A stretch of 34,455 nucleotides of DNA from Bacteroidota bacterium. GTDB taxonomy: Bacteria; Bacteroidota; Ignavibacteria; Kryptoniales; JAKASW01. A program made the translations under genes and the position numbers. Positions 26,922 through 34,455 of this stretch are shown one piece after another. Position 1 is the stretch's first letter. Every line of letters starts with the position of its first letter. Below the pieces are notes generated by a model, which searched no databases, had not been told where the DNA came from, and worked only from the letters and a program-made list of their open reading frames with translations. The stretch covers positions 1 through 34,455 of the forward strand of contig JAJYJD010000003.1 in assembly GCA_021789755.1 (NCBI GenBank). Direction: 5' to 3'.

Positions 26922-28297
26922 TTCTGATTCACTGCTTCCGCTGCTCCTGGCCACGCTGGTCGCCCGCCATTGTTTTCCAATTTCTCTAATGCCAGGTATG
27001 TCAGCATGAGGTGGCGGGGCAAATGATAGTTCTCTATGCGATCGTAATGTGGCGTGAAAGTGACCTTCCTATCCGCTGCAGTGATCCATAAATGGTATCC
27101 GAATGGCTTGAGCCAATATTTGGCAACCATATACTCATACGTTTTCGCAAACCATTCTTTTGCCCACTCGTCCCCGGACTGCTCAATGAGAACCATCATG
27201 CCGTTCAATGCCTCCTCCTGCGCCCAGAGGACCTTTGGAGTCCTTTTGATTTCCCACAGGTCCAGATCCACGTTATTCAAGCTCCTGAGAACTCCCGAGT
27301 AAACCTGGTCCCATGCAACTTCCACATGGCGTTTGAATCTCTCCGCCGCGGTCCGGAACAATTTCAAATCCTTGGATCCGACCGCCTCTTCCATAATCGG
27401 TCGAAAGGTCTCGATAGAATGGCCTGTGTAGACAAACTCGGACAGATAATTGTCGGGACGCGAATAGTCGTGGTTGAGAAGCTCATTGTTTAGTCTGAAC
27501 TCGGGGTTGAAGTGTTTGCTTAGGACGGCATCAATGCACTTCGATCTTATCTCCTCCAGGTCTGGATCACTCCGGTGCTCAAGCATCCCATTGATAGTGG
27601 TGAGCATTACCATTGCAACACCCTGGATTCTGGCTCCTGGAAACGGGATCACTTTGGGGCCGGAATAGTCCGCCACAATTCGTGGATAATAGTCGGGGCG
27701 ATTATAGATCTTCCAGCATTTTAGGATGATCTCTTTCGCGGTGTTCCAGTATTTTTGTTCGCCTGTAGCGAAAGAATACTCGCTCAAACCCTCCGCAACG
27801 AAAACACTTCCATAAATTCTCTTTGAAGGTGGCGTAAGTGGTTTGCCTTCGCGAGTGATAACGGAAGGCCAGAGACTGTCCCCGGTGGGCTCGGTCTTCA
27901 TTATCAGCTTCAACGAGTTGGTCGCGACATCGAGGTATTTCTCGTCGTTTCCGAAATGCCTGTAGAGGAACGAGTAGACCCAGATGCCCCTTCCTTCGAA
28001 CCAGGTGCGCTTCTTTGTGTTGAGCCTCGTTCCGTCCCTGTCGTCGTTACACATGAAACCGCCGTACTTATGGTCGATCACGTACTTATCCATGAAGGGA
28101 AGAAAGTCTTCAAAAAGGTAGTAGTGATAATCATCACGGAGTTTCTTTAGAGACAGATCGCCGATTTTTAGCTTTGTGGTTCCGGAATCCATTCTCCGCC
28201 GGTCTACGGTGACTCTCTTCAACAAACTTTCGCTGCCAGAGTATTTGGCGGCCAGAATACTTCCGATTGAAGCAGCAACAAACTTGCGCCTGTCCAT
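26918..28297 (-). CDS. AGE family (N-acylglucosamine 2-epimerase-like) protein with twin-arginine N-terminus
   Basis: LPFMDKYVIDHKYGGF, WFEGRGIWVYS, GHSIE, WDQVYSG, KVLWAQEE, YHLPRHL; N-terminus MDRRKFVAASIGSILAA. Confidence 0.88.
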   Translation of the reverse strand: MDRRKFVAASIGSILAAKYSGSESLLKRVTVDRRRMDSGTTKLKIGDLSLKKLRDDYHYYLFEDFLPFMDKYVIDHKYGGFMCNDDRDGTRLNTKKRTWFEGRGIWVYSFLYRHFGNDEKYLDVATNSLKLIMKTEPTGDSLWPSVITREGKPLTPPSKRIYGSVFVAEGLSEYSFATGEQKYWNTAKEIILKCWKIYNRPDYYPRIVADYSGPKVIPFPGARIQGVAMVMLTTINGMLEHRSDPDLEEIRSKCIDAVLSKHFNPEFRLNNELLNHDYSRPDNYLSEFVYTGHSIETFRPIMEEAVGSKDLKLFRTAAERFKRHVEVAWDQVYSGVLRSLNNVDLDLWEIKRTPKVLWAQEEALNGMMVLIEQSGDEWAKEWFAKTYEYMVAKYWLKPFGYHLWITAADRKVTFTPHYDRIENYHLPRHLMLTYLALEKLENNGGRPAWPGAAEAVNQK

Positions 28298-28398
28298 CTT
28301 TTATCGCTCCATTTCAAAAGCGTGTGTTGAGAGGAACACCGCACGGCTTGCTGCCGGTGTTCCAACCCGGCATAACCTAAGACGATTAGAGTGCAGCT

Positions 28399-31275
28399 TT
28401 ACTTTGTGCTTCGCAGCGAGTCCGTCGGCGAAAAGGCGCGAGAGGGCACCTCTCTGACATCAATCTTCGCTAAAGAGATTTGCGGAATACAGAATTCCGC
28501 AAGCGCATCTACATTACCTGTGCCGTCAGCGTTGACAAATTCGCCACCGTGCAAGACACAATCGAGCGTGTCGCAGGATTGAGATACCGGTATTTCGGAA
28601 ATCGATTTGAAGTACGATCCGTTCCAGACTTGTATTTTGCCGTGGTAGTCTGATTTGTAAACCATTCTTATTTCATAATTAGCATGAGTGTTCACACCGT
28701 TTATCCAGAAGCGGGGTCCGCCTGCGAGAGTTGAATATTTTCCTGTTCGAAATGTTATCCCGTTATCCGACTGCGGAGCGGACCACTGACCATTGTAGTA
28801 GAATGAAACACCCGGATCGTGGTCGTACTGATTATTATCGATATAGGCAATTCCGCTATATCGAAGTTTGCCTGTTTCTCCGGCAGCCACCCCAATCCAT
28901 TGATATCCGATTTTTCCTCTAGAAGGCATCGGGGTCGGAGCGACTTGGCCTTGCATGATGATCCTTGGCTTCCCGTTGACGGGAATGAACATTTCGCGTT
29001 GCGTCAGGCCTAAAGTCGTGAAGTGAATAAAGTAAGTATCGTGTTCGACGTTTTTCGGCACAGTCAGATAAAACCAGAACGTGTGCTTTTCGCCCGGTAA
29101 CAGTTTATAAGGTTCTCGCACGGAGGTTGTCATGTGACTCCATTGCTCAGGCAACGTCATAGTCAGAGTGTCGCTAATTGTGGCATCCAAAGCATTGAAC
29201 AATGTGACTGAAACTCTTTGTCTGCTACCAACTAGTACATTTCGCGATGATTCGTCGGGGTGAAGAAGCGGAAAAGTGTTGTTGGACATTACCAAGGCAC
29301 CGTAATTCTTGATCCGTGGCAGACGAAGAATGATGTTACCACCTCTAACTACGGGCTTTATGGCACAGAGTCTGTTGTTGTCAAAATAGACTGCAAACCT
29401 CCTCTTCATACTCGAGGGAAGTTCCAACTCCACGTGTCGCGCACTACTGCCCTTCTTGCTTCCAAGGATTAAGAACAAAGAGTGCGAATATCGTCCTTTC
29501 GTCTGATACTGTTCGAATGTATAGCTGTGCGGTAAATTCCGGATCTTCACAAGCATGTCCATGTGTTCTCTAGCAAGAAGAGGTAAGATCTCTGCAAGGA
29601 ATTGAAGATCACCGGGAATGATGTAGAGAATTCCCTTTCCCAAGTGGCGCAGCAATACGGCTGGTTTTCCATCCGACCATCTCGCCAGTACTAAATCTCT
29701 CGGTTCAGCATTCAATTCGAACCCGTTGGCTAATATCTCCTTCTCTCTTGTAAAGGCTGACATCCGAGACAAAAAATGTAATGTATCCTCGACGTAGTGA
29801 GTGTAATCGCATCGCAACAATTTCTGATAATCAGGCGGGATTTGATCTTCCTCGTTTCCAACAGTGTACTTTGACAGCTTGAAATCGAAATCATCATTCG
29901 GATTAGGAATGATGTTCGTCTTCGGGTCAAGCACAGAAATCAGCGTACCACCATCTTTAAGGAACCTGGTAATCGAAGATATTTGTTTTTCTGACAGTCC
30001 GACCGGCGAAGGTACTATCCAGATCCTACTGTGGACGTTTCCAAGATTAGCCGCAAATGCTTGTGGAACGTGGGCTATTGCGAGAGGTGTCCAAGCCATG
30101 TTGACAAAAGCTGTCCCGCCCAATCCCGTTTCCCTGGGAATGACTGTAGTTACCGCAGCTACCAACTTCGAACCTGCATAATACGGGACATACCTCTGGA
30201 CACTCAGCACACCTTTGCACCATGCAGCCCAACGCCAAAATGCATTTCTGTGTGTCAGAATATCATAGCCATTGAAGAGATCAAAGTAATTGAAAAAGTG
30301 AATTCCACAAGTTGTTGCCGTCAGCAGGACCCCCTGTGACACTCGATAGACTTGATCTTTCGGTATGGCACGCTCTCCGTATCCATTCATGTAATGGGTA
30401 TGGACTATTGTTTTTACGCGGTCCGACAGACCCTGAACGAAATCGGTTAGCCCGCGAAAACCCTGCATTTCCCGATAATTGGACAAAAAGTAGCTGAACT
30501 CGGAAAAATTCCCGATATAGAACTGTACGTTTTCGATATTTACTCTACCGGAGTGAATATGATTCAGGATCGTTCTGACCACTTCAGCAAACGGTCCGTT
30601 TGGAAAATCCATTACTGTCATATCGGGGTTAATCCTTAATGCAGTCTGGGCTAACTCCGAAAACTCATCGGCATTGAGATTCGGCGATCTGGATTCCACC
30701 GGTGGTACAAAGCCTCTGAATGCTGGATATTTCTTAAACCGTTCTACCATGTCGGTAGTGATGTCGTTTAGATAATCGAAGTATCTCCTATTGGACAATC
30801 CGTCTGGGACCAAAGCTAATCCGAGATATCCAGACATATGATGGGTTTCACATTCATCGAGAAAGTCCTTTACTGGATTGCGTCCGAGCCAAGGCTTCAC
30901 CTGAGGTTTTAGTTTCGGGTTGTCGTTCGGGTAGACCGATCCATTGTTCCTGTATACGTATGCGTAGGTGAGCATATTGATGCCGACTTGTTCTAATCTC
31001 GTAAACAGTCTGTCCCTCATCGCACTGGTTGAAATATCCCAAGCCGGGCGAGAACGGGGCCCATCCTTGGGTGCAGATCCCCAGTAAAACGACCCGATAT
31101 AATAAGGTGGAACGGGTAACGGTGAATTAACAAGCATCTTGTCAATATGATTATCACCGGATGAAGGAGGAGTTGATGACGCCGCCGGTGAAGATTGGCG
31201 AGCAGAACATTTGGGAGCAGCAAAGAGGGATAACCCCACAATTAATGAAGCGAGCGCCTTCATCTTAAATTTCAA
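28399..31275 (-). CDS. Large secreted GH-like protein: DUF4434-like TIM barrel, trimerisation-like domain, NEW3-like Ig domain, C-terminal beta domain
   Basis: Signal peptide and Ser/Pro linker; FLDECETHHMSGYLGL...RFKKYPAFRGF; FLKDGGTLIS; LARWSDGKPAVLLRHLGKG; VTLFN...TLPEQW...LLPGEKHTFWFYLTVP. Confidence 0.72.
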   Translation of the reverse strand: MKFKMKALASLIVGLSLFAAPKCSARQSSPAASSTPPSSGDNHIDKMLVNSPLPVPPYYIGSFYWGSAPKDGPRSRPAWDISTSAMRDRLFTRLEQVGINMLTYAYVYRNNGSVYPNDNPKLKPQVKPWLGRNPVKDFLDECETHHMSGYLGLALVPDGLSNRRYFDYLNDITTDMVERFKKYPAFRGFVPPVESRSPNLNADEFSELAQTALRINPDMTVMDFPNGPFAEVVRTILNHIHSGRVNIENVQFYIGNFSEFSYFLSNYREMQGFRGLTDFVQGLSDRVKTIVHTHYMNGYGERAIPKDQVYRVSQGVLLTATTCGIHFFNYFDLFNGYDILTHRNAFWRWAAWCKGVLSVQRYVPYYAGSKLVAAVTTVIPRETGLGGTAFVNMAWTPLAIAHVPQAFAANLGNVHSRIWIVPSPVGLSEKQISSITRFLKDGGTLISVLDPKTNIIPNPNDDFDFKLSKYTVGNEEDQIPPDYQKLLRCDYTHYVEDTLHFLSRMSAFTREKEILANGFELNAEPRDLVLARWSDGKPAVLLRHLGKGILYIIPGDLQFLAEILPLLAREHMDMLVKIRNLPHSYTFEQYQTKGRYSHSLFLILGSKKGSSARHVELELPSSMKRRFAVYFDNNRLCAIKPVVRGGNIILRLPRIKNYGALVMSNNTFPLLHPDESSRNVLVGSRQRVSVTLFNALDATISDTLTMTLPEQWSHMTTSVREPYKLLPGEKHTFWFYLTVPKNVEHDTYFIHFTTLGLTQREMFIPVNGKPRIIMQGQVAPTPMPSRGKIGYQWIGVAAGETGKLRYSGIAYIDNNQYDHDPGVSFYYNGQWSAPQSDNGITFRTGKYSTLAGGPRFWINGVNTHANYEIRMVYKSDYHGKIQVWNGSYFKSISEIPVSQSCDTLDCVLHGGEFVNADGTGNVDALAEFCIPQISLAKIDVREVPSRAFSPTDSLRSTK

Positions 31276-31940
31276 AGGACCTCGTATTTTCTCCAGACTT
31301 CAGCCATGGTTCGACCCGCTGCCAATTCCTTTCTTACAATATTCTCAGTATTGATTCTCTCGACCACTTTTTCCACCACGTCTTTCTCAAGCTCCCTGGG
31401 AATGACCACTGTTCCGTCGAGATCCGCAAAGATCAGATCACCCGGAGAAATACGAACGCCACCGATAATGATTGGAATATTGTAATTGGTGACTCTTGCT
31501 CTCCCGGTGGTGTCTATCGGTGAAGGTCCCCACGCGAAAGTAGGAAACTTCATTCCTATTAATTTCCTGACATCCCGACTATAACCGTTGACGATCGCGC
31601 CACGACATTTCCGAGCAAGGAGAGCGGTAGCTGTCAGTTCACCCATGATCCCGACATCAAGATTGTCGCTTCCAGTCGTTACTAAGAGTGAGCCCGATCC
31701 GAGGGAATCTATACATTTGATGACGGTATCATAAGGTTCTTTCTCATTATCATCCTTCTCATTCAGCAAAGTCACAGCTCTTCCGGCGGCAACAAATGTG
31801 TTGTCGAGCGGACGAATCCCGGAATGAGGTGAAACGACCCGAAAGCGTTGCCCTATTTCGTCAAGGATATCGGAAAACACACCCGCATAGGCGTTCGCTT
31901 CGAGATAAGAAAAGAGTTCAGAGTCAGATTCAAAGTCCAT
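31272..31940 (-). CDS. RraA family protein (HMG/CHA-type 4-hydroxy-2-oxoacid aldolase)
   Basis: SDILDEIG, AAGRAVT, GIMGELTA, GAIVNGYSRD, IGGVRISPGDLIFADLDGTVVIP; AAGAAAGGT RBS. Confidence 0.9.
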   Translation of the reverse strand: MDFESDSELFSYLEANAYAGVFSDILDEIGQRFRVVSPHSGIRPLDNTFVAAGRAVTLLNEKDDNEKEPYDTVIKCIDSLGSGSLLVTTGSDNLDVGIMGELTATALLARKCRGAIVNGYSRDVRKLIGMKFPTFAWGPSPIDTTGRARVTNYNIPIIIGGVRISPGDLIFADLDGTVVIPRELEKDVVEKVVERINTENIVRKELAAGRTMAEVWRKYEVL

Positions 31941-32226
31941 TAGTCACCTTTCTTATACATATTTTTTTCTCTCGAAGTCATAAGTCATCTTTCGAAGCAG
32001 ATCAAGTATTGCCGCAAAGGAGGGCCTCGTTTCTTCCCTCAAAGGAGCTCCACATTGGTCATTACGCTGACAGTTTAGCGAAAGCCGCCATTTGAGCTCG
32101 ACGGGAAAGCGAGAGGTCAACTGGAGTAGAGCAAGAAATGAAGTCTTGGTGACAAAAGCGGGGACAACTCCAAACGGCTAATAACACAAACACCCTAACA
32201 CAGCTTCGCCAACCGAGTCACATCGT

Positions 32227-32254
32227 TTCACATTGTGAACCGCCATCTCACATT
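32227..32254. promoter_or_regulatory. Operator O1: palindrome TTCACA-T-TGTGAA overlapping TGTGA-N9-TCACA
   Basis: Perfect inverted repeat at 32227-32239 plus TGTGAaccgccatcTCACA at 32234-32252, immediately downstream of the -10 box. Confidence 0.6.
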
Positions 32255-32255
32255 C

Positions 32256-32284
32256 AAGATACAATACAATCCAGGTGTTGTCAA
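32256..32284 (-). promoter_or_regulatory. Sigma70-type promoter of the glycan-utilisation operon
   Basis: Minus strand TTGACA (32284-32279), 17-nt spacer, TATCTT (32261-32256). Confidence 0.75.
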
Positions 32285-32353
32285 GAAGCAAAGAAGAAAA
32301 CCACGAATTTTACTCGCGGGCCGCTCGGCTTCTTGAGTAGTCTACGGAGCGCC

Positions 32354-32393
32354 GTGAAATGCCGTCTCACAATCGAACCATCCTGTTGTGAGA
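32354..32393. promoter_or_regulatory. Operator O2: second copy of the O1 motif
   Basis: GTGAAATGCCGTCTCACAAT (32354-32373) matches GTGAACCGCCATCTCACATT (32235-32254) at 16 of 20 positions; also TCTCACAA-N13-TTGTGAGA (32365-32393). Confidence 0.5.
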
Positions 32394-32640
32394 ATTTACA
32401 CAGATGTTTGTATCCACTATATTTGCCAACTTAAAGCGCGATGGAGAAAGAATCTCGCACAGGACCCGCATCTCGACGATACCGCGCGAAGCTAAGCATA
32501 TCTGGTGCGGGTTTCAAAATCACTTTTCAATCGCCGACCCCTTATGGGTAACGCGCCAACGCCGTGCGGCTTTGGACACCACCACCGGTCTGTGGACGAC
32601 AGCCACTTTTGACAGGTCTGACAGATAATTTCGCTTTATG

Positions 32641-33027
32641 TCAGAAATGCGCTTCTCCAAACCTTTGAACCAAATGGATTAGGTTACCTTCCGGATCTTT
32701 AAAGAATGCCAACTTCATCTCTCCGTTTCTCACAATCATCTCTGGGATCAGAAAAGCACCATGGCCCAGCATATATTCATAGTCGCTCTCAAAATCATCC
32801 ACACGAATTGCGAGATGCCGCAATCCGGAATGAAGATTCCCTACAGGTACTGTTTGATCTATCGCTGGATACACTTCTAACATCCCGCCGCCCGGGAAGC
32901 GTAAGAAGTATGTCGAACGTTCCTCTATCCTGTGAACAACCTGACATCTTAGCACAGTAGTGTACCAATCCACCAACCGTTCCGGATTCTGCGCACAAAG
33001 GCCGACATGCTCCAATCCATTAATCAT
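32641..33027 (-). CDS. VOC (glyoxalase/bleomycin resistance) family protein
   Basis: LEHVGL, WYTTVL, LEVY, GLRHLAIRVDD, AFFKDPEGNLIHLVQ. Confidence 0.9.
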   Translation of the reverse strand: MINGLEHVGLCAQNPERLVDWYTTVLRCQVVHRIEERSTYFLRFPGGGMLEVYPAIDQTVPVGNLHSGLRHLAIRVDDFESDYEYMLGHGAFLIPEMIVRNGEMKLAFFKDPEGNLIHLVQRFGEAHF

Positions 33028-33070
33028 AATACTAACCCATCATTCCATTGAACGTCTCACGCGATTACTG

Positions 33071-34087
33071 CTAAGGCACCCTCTCCGGTTTACCAGAGGC
33101 CAACGAGCGATGAATCGCATCAAGTATTGCGGTGACACGCCTTCCGTCCTTTGCTGTCACAAACGTTTCTCGGTCGTCGGTTATTGCATCAATAAAACTG
33201 TACATGCAGGAAGGAAGGGCACCTTGCCATTTGTCGAATATCTTGTAATTCAACAGCGTCCTGGGATATGTGTACGCGTCCTTATCCGCCATTTCAATCG
33301 CTTCCGCTTTCCTGTCAGAGAAGATATGCCCCTCTGTCCCCACAATTTCCATATAAGAGTCAGGCATATATGGACTTTTGTTTGAGTAAATCCATGCAGA
33401 TTCAAAAGTTGCAAAGAATCCATTCTTGAACTTCACTTGTGCCTGAATCGCATCATAAGTGTCGACGCCCCGTTTCTTCAGAACTTCCCTCGCGCCGCTA
33501 GCATACACTTCGTCGCCCTCGCTATCTACCCACCAGCTAACAAGGTCGATGTCGTGCGAAGAAAGGAACCACGCAGAAGTACTGTGCGCGGCCCACGGTA
33601 GCCACTCAGTGGGGACTAATATTGGATCGCTCTTCTTAGCATATCCCATCAGACACTTGCCAATTCTCCCGGCCTTTATGTCGCTGTGGATCTTGTGGTA
33701 CACGGAGAGCCATCGGTGGTTGAACGAGACCTGGAACTTCTTTCCCGTTTCTGCCACCAACTTGACGATCTCATCTGCTTCTTGAATATCTGTGGTCATG
33801 GGTTTCTCCACGAGGACGTGCCTACCGGCTCTCAGAGAGTCCACCACCGGATCACGATGAGCCCAATCGGGCGTGTTTACATGTACAGCATCTAAGTCCC
33901 CGTGTTCAAGCATTTCTCTGTGGTCGTTATAGTATTTAGGAATTCCCAATTCCTTTGCAACCGCAGCCGCCCGCTCGGAATTTTTATCGCAAACCGCCGT
34001 GACTTCAACCCCGGGATAACGCTGCCACACCATGACTGCGCTTTTTCCCATTATGCCCGTTCCGACAACTCCTATCTTGATCGTCAT
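33071..34087 (-). CDS. Gfo/Idh/MocA family oxidoreductase
   Basis: IKIGVVGTGIMG, DAVHVNTPDWAH, GRHVLVEKPM, FNHRW, SHDIDL. Confidence 0.93.
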   Translation of the reverse strand: MTIKIGVVGTGIMGKSAVMVWQRYPGVEVTAVCDKNSERAAAVAKELGIPKYYNDHREMLEHGDLDAVHVNTPDWAHRDPVVDSLRAGRHVLVEKPMTTDIQEADEIVKLVAETGKKFQVSFNHRWLSVYHKIHSDIKAGRIGKCLMGYAKKSDPILVPTEWLPWAAHSTSAWFLSSHDIDLVSWWVDSEGDEVYASGAREVLKKRGVDTYDAIQAQVKFKNGFFATFESAWIYSNKSPYMPDSYMEIVGTEGHIFSDRKAEAIEMADKDAYTYPRTLLNYKIFDKWQGALPSCMYSFIDAITDDRETFVTAKDGRRVTAILDAIHRSLASGKPERVP

Positions 34088-34127
34088 TGCTTTCTCAATT
34101 ACCCTCGTGTTTAAGTTTCCGGATTCT

Positions 34128-34455
34128 TCAAAAAACGAAAATATCCTTCAGCGATTCCCGGCCGCGTGGATCCTCAAATACTTCTTCCCATTCATCGATC
34201 CTCCTTCTCCCGGTAATTATCTTCTCATAAGGAATAGACCCACTTTCAAGGAGTGCGAGCGATCTGTCCCATGATTCGTATTTTGTGGAGATATTGAAAA
34301 GGAACTTCACTCCTTTCATCATAAGCTGCCGATAGGGAAAATCAATTGTGTCATTATCAGAAAATCCTATTCCCGCGAAAGTGCCCAGCTTTCTTATCAT
34401 TTGTGCACCCGATGCCAGCGCCTCAGCTGACCCAGATGCGTCGATGAAGACATCC
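34128..34455 (-). CDS. Zinc-binding (MDR, sorbitol/threonine dehydrogenase-like) dehydrogenase, C-terminal part
   Basis: The frame is open to the window edge: DVFIDASGSAEALASGAQMIRKLGTFAGIG...WDRSLALLESGSI...IITGRRRIDEWEEVF...LKDIF. Confidence 0.8.
   Translation of the reverse strand, partial: DVFIDASGSAEALASGAQMIRKLGTFAGIGFSDNDTIDFPYRQLMMKGVKFLFNISTKYESWDRSLALLESGSIPYEKIITGRRRIDEWEEVFEDPRGRESLKDIFVF

Noticed and set aside
31272-31940. RNase E inhibitor (rraA/menG) function
   Set aside because: The length, the retained aldolase-type motifs (GELTA, RD) and the sugar-catabolic context favour an HMG/CHA-type aldolase; no gene symbol assigned.
31796-32628. Plus-strand ORFs 31796-32095 and 32404-32628
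   Set aside because: No motifs or RBS; the first overlaps the RraA gene antisense.

Overview
A 34.5 kb bacterial chromosome segment in which every convincing gene lies on the minus strand. The C-terminal sorting domain (LSQNYPNPFNPST...YASGVYFY...KKMMLLK) points to the FCB group, most likely an Ignavibacteria/Kryptonia-like lineage (inference). Reading in the direction of transcription, from right to left: (1) the tail of a sugar-catabolic operon (Zn-dependent dehydrogenase, Gfo/Idh/MocA oxidoreductase, VOC protein). (2) An ~18 kb glycan-utilisation locus with its own sigma70 promoter and operator repeats and no recognisable SusD. It encodes an RraA-type aldolase, two large GH-like TIM-barrel proteins, a twin-arginine AGE epimerase, two distantly paralogous 'IDDF' TIM-barrel proteins flanking a TonB-dependent receptor, a T9SS-sorted beta-helix protein with a DTT-repeat insert, and a heparinase II/III-like lyase. 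(3) A decayed kduD/kdgK uronate-catabolism remnant between two terminators. (4) A TetR-controlled EmrA/TolC efflux operon with three tandem DHA2 MFS paralogs, followed by a GT4 glycosyltransferase, a SAM methyltransferase and a DrrA-like ABC transporter. No rRNA, tRNA, CRISPR array or transposase was seen. All family assignments come from motif recognition by eye, not from database searches.
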